Shown here piece by piece: positions 45,051 to 54,597 of a stretch of DNA of 64,000 nt (position 1 is the first letter of the stretch; each line of letters opens with the position of its first letter). The DNA is from an uncultured Dehalococcoidia bacterium (GTDB lineage: Bacteria; Chloroflexota; Dehalococcoidia; Lucifugimonadales; UBA2962). The DNA lies in assembly GCA_964477845.1 (NCBI GenBank), contig CAYZES010000008.1, positions 3,749-67,748 of the forward strand, written 5' to 3'. The notes under the pieces were generated by a model. The model searched no databases. It had not been told where the DNA came from and saw only the letters and a program-made list of their open reading frames with translations. The translations under genes and the position numbers were made by a program.

Positions 45051-45357
45051 TCTCGGCGTTCGGAGATCAGGTTATCAGGGGTGCCCACGCCTGGGGCGAA
45101 AGCGGCCAACGCCATTGCCAGGCCCGGACACAGGGCATGTTGTCCGCTATATGCCCATGAGATGCCAGTCGATCTGGCGGCTGTCAATCTGAGAAGGCTT
45201 GTCCTCGTCCAGCTCGACTGCAAAGATGCGTTGCCGCTGTTCAAGGGTCATCCGCTCATCGACAATCTGTATCGTCTGAGAGGCCCCCGAGACAAGTTGC
45301 CGGCAGTGGGAGTGGTCGTTTGGGCACTCGTCCTGTCATACCCAGTAAAGCGATGTA

Positions 45358-47424
45358 TTAACCTTTGCGCGATTGACCGTTAATAGACTGATTAATGGCC
45401 ACCTTAAGACGTGCTTTGTTCCATCGCCGGAAGCGCCCCAGAGCTGCTAGCGGCCAGTAGATACGGTACATATGGTAATTGATCATGAAGCCGGCCGGCA
45501 GCTCACGGCCCTGGAATCCAGGCTCTCCGTCTATCGGAAGTCGCTCAAGTCGCTGTCCGACGCCATAACCGGGGAATCCGGTGCCGGTGAAGTGAGGTTC
45601 GTCCCAGGTGCCGTCCTCCCTCTGCGTCTCAAGGAGGTAGGTGACACCCCTGATCGTTGCCGGGTGTTCGCCCTCTTCGGCGGCCAGCAGCGTCAACAGG
45701 GCCCAGGCCGTCTGTGACGCTGTGCTGGGCCCGCTACCACGCAGCGTCGGATCGACATAGGACGCTGGCGTCTCGCCCCAACCACCGTCCGAGTTCTGGT
45801 GACTGATCACCCATTCGACGGCTCGTCTGATCGGCTGCGCTCTGGGACCCATTCCTATGGCCCGCAGGGCAGGCACGACAGAGCCCGTTCCGTACAGGTA
45901 GTTGACGCCCCAGCGCCCGAACCACGAGCCGTCTGGCTCCTGGTCTCTGAGTACGTAGTCAAGGCCGCGGCTTACCTGTTCGCTGTCTAGGTCGTGGCCA
46001 AGGGTGCCCAGGAACTCTAGTACATGTGCGGTGACGTCAACGCTGGGAGGGTCTATGGTCTCGCCGAAGTCCGAAAACGGGATGCGGGCGATGAAGGTGC
46101 GTGTGTTGTCCTTGTCGAACGAGGCCCAGCCACCGTTGCTGCTCTGCATGCCTTCGATCCACCGGACGCATCGCCGCAGTGCATCAGCCTTGCCCTTTTC
46201 GTCCGGCAGGCTGGCGCGGTACAGGGCCGTGCCAATTACCGACGCGTCATCGATGTCCGGGTAGGTGTCGTTTTCAAATTCGAACGCCCATCCACCCGTC
46301 GGGACATCACGCGCCTTGACCTGCCAGTCTCCACCGCTCGCCACCTGGTGGTCGAGAAGCCACTTGCCGGCACCGACGATCGATGGATGGTCGCCCGGAA
46401 CGTCCGAGTCGAGCAGGGCCATCATGGCCAGCCCGGTGTCCCAGATCGGGGAGACGCAGGCCTGTACGCGCAGGGACTCTCCTTCCTCGATCATGAAGCC
46501 TTCGAATCCGTCAATGGCCTTCCTGACAACCGGGTGGTCCAATTCGTAGCCGAGGGTGGCCAGCGCCATGATCGAGTAAACCCAGGGCGGCTGTATCCCT
46601 CCCCAGCTGCCGTCCGCCTCCTGGTGGTCAAGTATCCAGCGCTCCGCCTTCCGAATGGCCATCGACCTAGCCGGCTTTATGGGGAACTTCTCCACCAGGC
46701 GCAGCAGGAAGTCGGCGGCGTAGAAAAAGCCCTCCCAGCCTATCGCGCGCGACGGCCTCTTTATGGAGTAGTCGGTATCGTCCGGACCCAGGGGGAAAAG
46801 CTCTGGTATCGCCGCTTCGGCCGGAATCTGCCGGACGGGCTTCCTGTCCATCATGATCAGCAGGGGCACGATGGTGGCCCTCGCCCAGCTGGAGAATTCG
46901 TAAATGTTCACCGGGAGCCAGTTAGGCATCAGGACCAGTTCCGCCGGCATCACCGGTACACCCTCCCACCGCCACTGGCCGAACAAGGATAGCCATATCT
47001 TTGTGAATACGCGGGTCGAGGGGACTCCACCCTTGCTCAGGATGAACTCCCTCGCTTTCGCCATCAGCGACTGCTCAGCCGAGACCCCCGCCACCTTGAG
47101 GGCAAAGTAGCACTCGACGGTGGTCGAAAGGTCGCCGGGGGCGCCGTAGTACTGGCCCCAGGTACCGTCCGGTCGCTGCTGCCCGAGGATATGGTTGGCC
47201 AGCTTGCGCTGCCTGTCGGGATTCTTGAGTCCAAGGAACTCGTTGAGCAGGAGGAACTCGGCCTCCATGGTGGGGTTGGATTCCAGTTCGCCCCACCAGT
47301 AGCCTTCTCCGTATTGCTCGGCGATGAGGTAATCCTGGGTGCGGGAGATAGCCCGGTCCAGGTTCGCGGTCTCGGCGAAGGAAGGGGCGGGTATTGCCGC
47401 GGACTTGTCGATCGATTTCACCAT
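45358..47424 (-). CDS. shc: Squalene-hopene cyclase
   Basis: 688 aa. DxDD-type motif YPDIDDAS and multiple QW repeats (QRPDGTWG, QEADGSWGG, QSSNGGWA, QEPDGSWFGRWG, QNSDGGWGE, QREDGTWDE). Confidence 0.95.
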   Translation of the reverse strand: MVKSIDKSAAIPAPSFAETANLDRAISRTQDYLIAEQYGEGYWWGELESNPTMEAEFLLLNEFLGLKNPDRQRKLANHILGQQRPDGTWGQYYGAPGDLSTTVECYFALKVAGVSAEQSLMAKAREFILSKGGVPSTRVFTKIWLSLFGQWRWEGVPVMPAELVLMPNWLPVNIYEFSSWARATIVPLLIMMDRKPVRQIPAEAAIPELFPLGPDDTDYSIKRPSRAIGWEGFFYAADFLLRLVEKFPIKPARSMAIRKAERWILDHQEADGSWGGIQPPWVYSIMALATLGYELDHPVVRKAIDGFEGFMIEEGESLRVQACVSPIWDTGLAMMALLDSDVPGDHPSIVGAGKWLLDHQVASGGDWQVKARDVPTGGWAFEFENDTYPDIDDASVIGTALYRASLPDEKGKADALRRCVRWIEGMQSSNGGWASFDKDNTRTFIARIPFSDFGETIDPPSVDVTAHVLEFLGTLGHDLDSEQVSRGLDYVLRDQEPDGSWFGRWGVNYLYGTGSVVPALRAIGMGPRAQPIRRAVEWVISHQNSDGGWGETPASYVDPTLRGSGPSTASQTAWALLTLLAAEEGEHPATIRGVTYLLETQREDGTWDEPHFTGTGFPGYGVGQRLERLPIDGEPGFQGRELPAGFMINYHMYRIYWPLAALGRFRRWNKARLKVAINQSINGQSRKG

Positions 47425-47428
47425 GACG

Positions 47429-48223
47429 TCAGGTCACTCCCAGCCGGTAGGCCGGAGTCCACGCTTCGGCGGTGACCACAGAGGCCAGTACGTCGGTGAG
47501 CCGGCGACTTGCACGGCGCACCTGGTGCCATAGCCTCAAGAGGGGAACCAGGTCCGTGGGGTTGCCGAGCAGGTGGCGGGTTCCGCTTGCCAGCGTCCTC
47601 GACCTCTCCTGCTCGGTCGCCTCCATCACGAAGGTCGGCAGGCTCTGCTCCATTGGATCCATAACGCTTCGGACGACCATGTGGGGCAGGCCTCGCTCTG
47701 CAGCAACTTCGCTCACCCAATAACTTTCCATGTCAATGACGTCGGCACCGAAGCTCTCGCCTATCCAGCGCTTAAGCGCGCGACTGTGGACGATCTGATC
47801 GACGGTTACGATCTCACCCCAGGCGCAGCCGCCGGCGACTCCGCCGATGGCTTCAGACAGCCTGGACATCAGGCCCTCGTCGATCAGGGTCCGCGACCGT
47901 GTGGATTCCTTATTCCAGGTAGTGGGCGGACCGCACAGGGCCAGTATCCGGCTACAGATGTAAAGGTCCCCAGGTCGAGCCCCGGGCTTGGCCGCGCCTG
48001 CAAACCCGGCGGAAACGATAAGGTCGGGGTCGTACTGGTCCACAAGGAGGCGGGTCGTTCGCTGTGCCCTGTCCCGCCCCGCACCTCCTTGTGCGAGCAC
48101 GACGTTGGGCAGATGAGACGACTCGAGGAACCGGACGCCCTCCCGGCCCGTGGCAAGGTCGAACTTGCCGGCCCGCGAAAAGTCGGAGATCTCCCTGCTT
48201 ATGGCGACCACGATGCCGATCAC
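47429..48223 (-). CDS. hpnG: Hopanoid-associated nucleosidase/phosphorylase (PNP/MTAN family)
   Basis: SAGFAGA and VIDMES motifs of the PNP_UDP_1 fold. GTG start overlaps the hpnH stop (TAGTG). Ends 4 nt before the shc start. Confidence 0.8.
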   Translation of the reverse strand: MIGIVVAISREISDFSRAGKFDLATGREGVRFLESSHLPNVVLAQGGAGRDRAQRTTRLLVDQYDPDLIVSAGFAGAAKPGARPGDLYICSRILALCGPPTTWNKESTRSRTLIDEGLMSRLSEAIGGVAGGCAWGEIVTVDQIVHSRALKRWIGESFGADVIDMESYWVSEVAAERGLPHMVVRSVMDPMEQSLPTFVMEATEQERSRTLASGTRHLLGNPTDLVPLLRLWHQVRRASRRLTDVLASVVTAEAWTPAYRLGVT

Positions 48224-49248
48224 TAGCCGGCGCCCAGCCCGCTGTTGCCGACGGCTCCGCCCACCACCATCTTCGCTGCCGCGGCCGGGTTCACAAAGGC
48301 GTCATAGATCGAGGCAGATTCGAAGCCGCAGTGCATCAGGCAATTTGCGCAACGCGGGTCCTTGCCGACGCCGTAGCGCTCCCAAAGCTCATCCGACATC
48401 AGCTCGTCGAATTGCTCGGTGTGGCGGTCGCCGAGCAAGTAGCAGGGCTCACGCCAGCCGGACACCGTGTAGGTGGGGTTCGACCATGCGGTGCACTGGT
48501 ACTCCCGTTCGCCCCGAAGGAAGTCCAGGTACAGGGGGTTGTTGTAGAACTTGATCCCGTGCTTGGGATCCAGGATGCGGGTGAAGACCTCTCTGGCCTT
48601 TCGGCGCGATATGAAGAGCTCCTGGTTGGGAACTGAATCGAACTGGTAGCCCGGCGACACCATGCAGCCTTCGACGCCCATCTCGGTGAGCATCTTGAAC
48701 ATCTCGATCATGTCGTCTTCGTCGACTCCGTTAAAGATCGTCGTGTTCGTGGTTACCCGGTAGCCCTTGTCCAGCGCGGCCTTCATGGCGCGAACCGCTA
48801 TCTTGAAAACGCCCTTGCGGTAGACGGACCGGTCGTGCGCCTCCTCCATGCCGTCCATGTGGACGACGAAACAGAAGTACTTGGAGGCTGGGATGGACTT
48901 CATGACCCGTTCCATCAGCAGGGCGTTCGTGCACATATACACAAATCGCTTGGTGGCGACGATGCGCTCGACTATCTCGTCGATCTGGGGGTGCATAGTA
49001 GGCTCGCCTCCGGCGATCGAGACTATGGGTGCGCCCGAGTCCTCCACGGCCTGCATGCACTGTTCCACGGTGAGCATGCGGTCGATTACAGCCTCGTATT
49101 CGCGTATGCGTCCGCACCCCTCGCATGCAAGGTTGCAGGCCTCAAGCGGCTCCAGCATGGTCACCAGCGGGAATTTTTTGCGGCGGGCCGCCTTGCTCTT
49201 CATCACGTACCAGCCAAGGCGAACCGCAAGCTCCATCGGTCTTGTCAT
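48223..49248 (-). CDS. hpnH: Radical SAM adenosylhopane synthase (adenosyl-hopene transferase)
   Basis: CNLACEGCG radical-SAM triad and the conserved C-terminal Cys-rich region (CTAWSNPTYTVSGWREPCY ... CANCLMHCGFE). Confidence 0.9.
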   Translation of the reverse strand: MTRPMELAVRLGWYVMKSKAARRKKFPLVTMLEPLEACNLACEGCGRIREYEAVIDRMLTVEQCMQAVEDSGAPIVSIAGGEPTMHPQIDEIVERIVATKRFVYMCTNALLMERVMKSIPASKYFCFVVHMDGMEEAHDRSVYRKGVFKIAVRAMKAALDKGYRVTTNTTIFNGVDEDDMIEMFKMLTEMGVEGCMVSPGYQFDSVPNQELFISRRKAREVFTRILDPKHGIKFYNNPLYLDFLRGEREYQCTAWSNPTYTVSGWREPCYLLGDRHTEQFDELMSDELWERYGVGKDPRCANCLMHCGFESASIYDAFVNPAAAAKMVVGGAVGNSGLGAG

Positions 49249-49339
49249 CCGTTATGTCCTCCCCTCGTCCTCTGTCATTCAGTGTTGCGCCACAGGGCCG
49301 TTTGCAGCATCCCCGGGCGGTTGGGCCCAAGGGGCCCGT

Positions 49340-50455
49340 TCAGTGCTCCCTTACCAGAAGGAAATGGGCGAGCTCCTCGACCTGGTGCTTGGCCGCGGGC
49401 GCCATCTCCACCGTTGCCAGGGCGTCCAGGGCCTGCATCGCATGACGTTCCGTCAGATCTTCTGCCGTGTCTCTCGTGCCGAGCCGCTGCATCACGTCGA
49501 GCACGGCGATAACGTCCTCGTCGCTCGGCTCCTCCTTCCCATAGACGTACTCAAGGGTCTCGGCGTCCGCACCCGAAGCGTTGGCCATGGCGTGGACCAC
49601 CGGAAACGAGTTCTTCTTGCGGCGTACGTCCGCCCCGACAGGCTTTCCGGTGCTATCGGGGTCTCCCCAGACGCCCAGGACGTCGTCCTTGACCTGGAAG
49701 ACCAGCCCGAGTGAGCGACCGCACCGGCGGAAGGCCTCCACCGTTTCGGGGTTTCGGGAGCCTACGTAGGCTCCCAGCTCCAGTGAGCAGCGGATGAGGG
49801 CACCCGTCTTGCGGGCTATCATGCCGAGGTACTCGTCGAGCGAGATGTCGCCGCGACTCTCGTATGACAGATCAAGGAATTGTCCCTCGATCATCTCCAG
49901 GTAGGCTCCGGTCAGCGTGTCGCTGAGTTCGAGGACGTCGTTATCCGACAGGCCGTATGTTGCGGCATCGGACAGCGCGATGTCCGCGAGGGTCCTTAGC
50001 ACGTTGCCCGCGACGATTGCCCTGGGCACGCCCCATATCTTCCATATGGTCGGCCTGTGGTGCCGGGTCTCGTCCCCATCCTGGATATCATCGTGGATGA
50101 GCGAAAAGTTGTGGACGTACTCCAGCGCAACCGCCGCGGGCATGGCCAGAACGGGGTCTCCTCCGGTCGCCTCGCAGGCGAACAGGCAGAGGGTCGGGCG
50201 CATCGCCTTGCCCGTGGCGGCCTCGACCGGCCGTCCCGCAGCGTCGGCACGGCCCATCCCATAGCGCAGTACTCCGTACACGTCTACGGGTTCGGACGCA
50301 TGCGTAGGTGGCGTATCGCAGCCGCGGCGCAGGCCCGCTTCGATCGCGTCCGAGAGGTCTCGACGGTACCGGCGGAATACAGGCGGCAATTCGCGCAGAC
50401 TGGTCACGTCGGCCTTGGCGGCGGTCACGTTGGTGCTGTCAGCGGAATTTGCCAC
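49340..50455 (-). CDS. Polyprenyl diphosphate synthase (FPP/GGPP synthase family)
   Basis: First Asp-rich motif LIHDDIQDGDETRHHRP, second FQVKDDVLG. GTG start without an obvious SD; start uncertain. Confidence 0.88.
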   Translation of the reverse strand: MANSADSTNVTAAKADVTSLRELPPVFRRYRRDLSDAIEAGLRRGCDTPPTHASEPVDVYGVLRYGMGRADAAGRPVEAATGKAMRPTLCLFACEATGGDPVLAMPAAVALEYVHNFSLIHDDIQDGDETRHHRPTIWKIWGVPRAIVAGNVLRTLADIALSDAATYGLSDNDVLELSDTLTGAYLEMIEGQFLDLSYESRGDISLDEYLGMIARKTGALIRCSLELGAYVGSRNPETVEAFRRCGRSLGLVFQVKDDVLGVWGDPDSTGKPVGADVRRKKNSFPVVHAMANASGADAETLEYVYGKEEPSDEDVIAVLDVMQRLGTRDTAEDLTERHAMQALDALATVEMAPAAKHQVEELAHFLLVREH

Positions 50456-50570
50456 CGTTAGGTAAGTCTTTTTGGAGGAGGCTCCTGTACCGCCCAGGCG
50501 AATCGGGCGTTTACGCGTTTGTACAGGTGCCGAAGGGCATAGAGCCCACTACATAGTATTACGATGCCAG

Positions 50571-50600
50571 ATCGTAGCATCGGGCCAAAAACCGTGTCAA
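50571..50600 (-). promoter_or_regulatory. Putative sigma-70-type promoter of the hopanoid operon
   Basis: On the minus strand: TTGACA (50600-50595), 18-nt spacer, TACGAT (50576-50571). The palindrome TACGAT-N5-ATCGTA (50560-50576) overlaps the -10 element. Confidence 0.4.
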
Positions 50601-50640
50601 TACAGCCGTCGGTGGCCGGAGCGTTTGTGTATTTTTTCAC

Positions 50641-50670
50641 TTGAAAGATTTTTTCGCGCTGTGCTATAGT
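50641..50670 (+). promoter_or_regulatory. Putative sigma-70-type promoter of the nuo operon
   Basis: TTGAAA (50641-50646), 18-nt spacer, TATAGT (50665-50670), with a T-rich tract just upstream. A 5' UTR hairpin gcgccgc/gcggcgc lies at 50671-50690. Confidence 0.45.
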
Positions 50671-50712
50671 GCGCCGCGCGCGTGCGGCGCGTGCCTGACG
50701 GCCTCAACGCCG

Positions 50713-51108
50713 ATGCTCGACGACTACTTTCGCCAGTACGGAATAATATCCATCTTCGCAGCGTTGGCGGTCGCCGTACCGACAGGCATGTTGATGGCAT
50801 CTTGGGCCCTGTCCATCCTGAAGATCAGGCCCCATAAGCCCAGCTTGGTCAAGAAGGCGATCTACGAGTGCGGCTTTGAGACGCTCGGGGGCCGGTGGAG
50901 CGGATTCAACATCCGCTTTTACACCTTCGCCCTGATCTTCGTGATATTCGATGTCGAGGTCGTTTTCCTGTTCCCCTGGGCCGCCAGCTTCGGTTTGCTC
51001 TCAACGCAGTTCGGCGCCTTCGTACTCGTCGAGATGGCAGTGTTTGTGGGCATACTGGTTGTCGGCTGGCTCTATGCGTTTCGCAAGGGAGATCTGGAGT
51101 GGACCTAG
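50713..51108 (+). CDS. nuoA: NADH-quinone oxidoreductase subunit A
   Basis: 131 aa from ATG 50713. Contains YECGFE and FDVEVVFLFPWA. Confidence 0.92.
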   Translation: MLDDYFRQYGIISIFAALAVAVPTGMLMASWALSILKIRPHKPSLVKKAIYECGFETLGGRWSGFNIRFYTFALIFVIFDVEVVFLFPWAASFGLLSTQFGAFVLVEMAVFVGILVVGWLYAFRKGDLEWT

Positions 51109-51124
51109 TCGTTGAGGTGAACTC

Positions 51125-51763
51125 GTGAGCATGAGGCGGGAGGCCGGACGCATCGATCTCGATGGGGGACGCATACCGCTCCATGCCGCGACGGCCGCCC
51201 TGGACGCCGAGGAGGGCACCTATATCAACAGCCTTAAGGCGAACAATACCGAGCCGATCGCCGAGCCGCTCATCGAGGTCCCCGACGATCTGCGGCGCAA
51301 TCTCGCTGTGTCCTCCGTCGATGCGCTGATCAATTGGGGACGCAAGTCGGCAGTCTGGCCGCTCTCGTTTGGGCTGGCCTGCTGCGCCTTCGAGATGATG
51401 GCAAGCGCGATGTCACGGTTCGACATCGCACGGTTTGGCATGGAGGCCTTCAGGGCCTCTCCAAGGCAGGCGGATCTGATGATCGTTGCCGGCACCGTGA
51501 CCTGGAAGATGGCCCCCGCCATCGAGCGCGTGTACGAGCAGATGGCGGAACCGAAGTGGGTGATTTCAATGGGGGTTTGCGCCACCAGCGGCGGACCGTA
51601 CTACGAGTCCTACAGCGTCGTTCCCGGCGTCAACCACATCGTCCCTGTGGACGTTTACGTTCCCGGTTGCCCGCCCCGCCCGGACGCCCTCCTTTACGGC
51701 GTCATGCAGCTCCACGACAAGATCAAGCGCTATTCGCTCGCGGGCCAGGCCGCCGGCCGTTAA
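51125..51763 (+). CDS. nuoB: NADH-quinone oxidoreductase subunit B
   Basis: [19 protein letters not shown] and VPGCPPRP (N2 cluster ligands). GTG start with gaggtga upstream. Confidence 0.93.
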   Translation: MSMRREAGRIDLDGGRIPLHAATAALDAEEGTYINSLKANNTEPIAEPLIEVPDDLRRNLAVSSVDALINWGRKSAVWPLSFGLACCAFEMMASAMSRFDIARFGMEAFRASPRQADLMIVAGTVTWKMAPAIERVYEQMAEPKWVISMGVCATSGGPYYESYSVVPGVNHIVPVDVYVPGCPPRPDALLYGVMQLHDKIKRYSLAGQAAGR

Positions 51764-52206
51764 TGTCCATCCCTCTTTCCGGCGAGTGGGTCGCCGGTAG
51801 AATCGAGGCGGAAATGGCTGGCGCGGTGACCGGGTTCAATACGACCGACGTGTGGGTGCGGCCGGACGATCTGGTCCGGGTCGCAAAGCTCCTCAGGGAC
51901 GACCCGCAAGTGGACCTTCAGATGCTTAACTCGATCTCAGCGGTCGACTACGTGGAGTGTTTTGAACTGGTCTATCACTTCCGGTCCCTGCGCCTGAACA
52001 CGACCTTCGTGCTAAAGGCGCGGTGCTATGACCGTGAATCGCCCTCTTTCCCTTCCCTTACCGGTGTGTGGACCGGAGCGGACCTTCAGGAGAGGGAAGT
52101 TTGGGACCTTATGGGCGTATCGTTTACCGACCATCCCAACCTGAAGCGGATCCTCCTGTGGGAGGGCTTTCCGGGCCATCCGCTTCGCAAGGACTTTATT
52201 CGTTGA
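51763..52206 (+). CDS. nuoC: NADH-quinone oxidoreductase subunit C
   Basis: 147 aa. TAATG overlap with the nuoB stop. Contains EREVWDLMGVSFTDHPNLKRILL. Confidence 0.9.
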   Translation: MSIPLSGEWVAGRIEAEMAGAVTGFNTTDVWVRPDDLVRVAKLLRDDPQVDLQMLNSISAVDYVECFELVYHFRSLRLNTTFVLKARCYDRESPSFPSLTGVWTGADLQEREVWDLMGVSFTDHPNLKRILLWEGFPGHPLRKDFIR

Positions 52207-52252
52207 GGGCTGCGGGCGCCTTGCCGGCCGAGCGGTTTCTCTTCCCCGTGAA

Positions 52253-53356
52253 ATGCCTCTAAAGACCGAGCCGGTAACGATCAATCTCGGGCCTCAGCAC
52301 CCGTCTACCCATGGGGTATTCAGGCTCAGGGTAACGTTCGATGGCGAAGTCGTCCTCGACGTCGAGCCCGTGATCGGCTATCTGCACAGGGGTACGGAAA
52401 AGCTGGCCGAAGAACGCAACTACGTCCAGATCGTAACGCTCACCGATCGTCTCGACTACGTGGCGGCGATGACCAACAACCTCGCTTACGTACGTGCCGT
52501 AGAGCGGCTGGCCGGGATCGAGGTTCCCGAGCGGGCCATGTACCTGCGGGTTATCTCGGCGGAGCTCCAGCGCATCGCGAGCCACCTGATTTCCACGGGC
52601 TTTCTGCTGGACGAGCTGGGAGCCTTCCACACCCCGCTCATCTACTGCTTTCGGGAACGCGAGCGCATCTTGGAGATGTTCGAGATGCTGTGCGGGGCTC
52701 GCATTACCGTCAGCTACATGAGGCCCGGTGGGGTGCTACAGGACGCGCCCAGGGACTTTTGGCCCCGGCTCGACGAATTCGTCGAGACCATGCCCGGATA
52801 TCTGGACGAACTCGAGGGCCTGATCACCGAGAACGAGATCGTCCTTACACGCACTCGCGACGTGGGCATAATCCGGGCCGAGCGGGCCATCGCTGCATCG
52901 TTGACCGGCCCGGTGCTGCGCGCGAGCGGCGTGGAGTGGGATCTGCGCAAGGCGGAGCCGCACGAAATCTACGACAGGGTGGAGTTCGACGTGCCCATCG
53001 GGGCTGTCGGAGACACGTACGACCGGTACCTGGTCAGGGTACTGGAGATGCGAGAGAGCGTCCGCATAATCAGGCAGTGCGTCGAGCAGATCGCACCGGG
53101 TCCTGTGAGGACGGAGACGCCATTCGTGATCAGGCCGCCGGTCGGAGAGGCCTATGACTGCACCGAATCACCGAAGGGGGAGCTCGGGTTCTACATCGTC
53201 AGTGACGGCGGTATATCCCCCTACCGGATGCATATCAGGGCGCCGTCGTTCATCAACCTGACCCTGCTCAAGGAAATGCTCGTGGGCTGGAAGATGGCCG
53301 ACCTGATAGTGATCTTTGGCAGCATAGATGTCGTGCTCGGGGAGGTTGACCGATAG
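52253..53356 (+). CDS. nuoD: NADH-quinone oxidoreductase subunit D
   Basis: 367 aa. Contains NLGPQHPSTHGVFRL, YLHRGTEKL and a C-terminal GSIDVVLGEVDR. Confidence 0.95.
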   Translation: MPLKTEPVTINLGPQHPSTHGVFRLRVTFDGEVVLDVEPVIGYLHRGTEKLAEERNYVQIVTLTDRLDYVAAMTNNLAYVRAVERLAGIEVPERAMYLRVISAELQRIASHLISTGFLLDELGAFHTPLIYCFRERERILEMFEMLCGARITVSYMRPGGVLQDAPRDFWPRLDEFVETMPGYLDELEGLITENEIVLTRTRDVGIIRAERAIAASLTGPVLRASGVEWDLRKAEPHEIYDRVEFDVPIGAVGDTYDRYLVRVLEMRESVRIIRQCVEQIAPGPVRTETPFVIRPPVGEAYDCTESPKGELGFYIVSDGGISPYRMHIRAPSFINLTLLKEMLVGWKMADLIVIFGSIDVVLGEVDR

Positions 53357-54597
53357 TGGAGACCCCGGTGGCGCGCGCGGGATTCGACTTCACGGGAATC
53401 TACGGGTTCTTCGACGACCTGATGCCGGAGAGTCTGGACTGGGTGGTCTTCGTCATCACGGCGCTGATACTCGGGGCCGTGGTGCTCAATGCCCTGATAC
53501 TCACCACCGCCCTCTACACGTGGTTCGAGCGCCGCGTGCTGGGCCGGTTCCAATCTAGGCTGGGGCCCAATCGGTGGGGCCCGTTCGGCATGCTCCAGCC
53601 GATCGCGGATCTCGTCAAGCTGATCTCCAAGGAGGACACGGTGCCGGAGGGGGCGGACCGACCGGTATTCAACCTGGCCCCGATCGTGTTCCTGGTACCG
53701 GCCCTCATCGTCTTTTCCGTATTGCCCCTGCACGGCGGCAGTTTCGTGGGCAAGCTCAATGTGGGACTGGTGTTTATCGTGGCCATCACTTCGGTCAATA
53801 CCCTTGGCGTTTTCATGGCCGGCTGGGCCTCGCGCAACAAGTACGCGATGTTCGGCGCGATGCGCGGGGTGGCCATGCTTGTCAGCTATGAAGTGCCGAT
53901 GGGCCTGTCGATCGTCGCGGTCGCCATAGGGGCGGGGACACTATCGCTTTCTGGGGTGGTGTTGTCTCAGGACGTGCCGTTCCTGCTGGTGATGCCCCTG
54001 GGATTCTTCGTGTTCGTGACGGCCGCAACCGCCGAGATGAGCCGCACGCCGTTCGACATGATCGAATCGGACTCCGAACTGGGAGCCGGGTACAACACCG
54101 AGTACAGCGGTATCAAGTTCGCCCTCCTCCAGCTCAATGAGTTCATGGCTCCGATAATAGTCGCGGCCATAGTGACGACGCTGTTTCTTAGCGGCTGGCG
54201 CGGGTGGGGCCCTATTCCGGGCACGGTCTGGTTCGTGATTAAGATCTTCCTAGTGGTCTGCGCCTTCCTGTGGATCCGGGCTACCTGGCCGCGTCTCAGG
54301 GTCGACCAGATCATGGGTCTGGCCTGGAAGGGGCTGTTCCCGCTCGCAATAATCAACATCTTCGCCATCGCTGTGGAGGTGGAGGTGCTGCGCGACGACG
54401 TCACCGGCGCCCTCAGCAGGAATGACCTGTGGATAATGGCAGCCGTCAACTGGGCCGGCACGATTGCGACGATCGCCGTGCTCTCCAGAGTGCTGAACAG
54501 GGGCAGGATGCGCAGGCCACGGCCGAAGGCCCTGCCCCTGGCGAACATGTACGGTGCCGGCCGGCCGGCCGAGCCGCCCCTAAGGGATGTCGACTGA
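53356..54597 (+). CDS. nuoH: NADH-quinone oxidoreductase subunit H
   Basis: GTG overlaps the nuoD stop (TAGTG). Contains RRVLGRFQSRLGPNRWGPFGMLQPIADLVKL and EYSGIKFALLQLNEF. Confidence 0.95.
   Translation: METPVARAGFDFTGIYGFFDDLMPESLDWVVFVITALILGAVVLNALILTTALYTWFERRVLGRFQSRLGPNRWGPFGMLQPIADLVKLISKEDTVPEGADRPVFNLAPIVFLVPALIVFSVLPLHGGSFVGKLNVGLVFIVAITSVNTLGVFMAGWASRNKYAMFGAMRGVAMLVSYEVPMGLSIVAVAIGAGTLSLSGVVLSQDVPFLLVMPLGFFVFVTAATAEMSRTPFDMIESDSELGAGYNTEYSGIKFALLQLNEFMAPIIVAAIVTTLFLSGWRGWGPIPGTVWFVIKIFLVVCAFLWIRATWPRLRVDQIMGLAWKGLFPLAIINIFAIAVEVEVLRDDVTGALSRNDLWIMAAVNWAGTIATIAVLSRVLNRGRMRRPRPKALPLANMYGAGRPAEPPLRDVD

Noticed and set aside
45035-45244. 69-aa minus-strand ORF in the shc / squalene-synthase spacer
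   Set aside because: It overlaps the well-supported start of the squalene-synthase-family gene in another frame, and has no SD and a low-complexity sequence.
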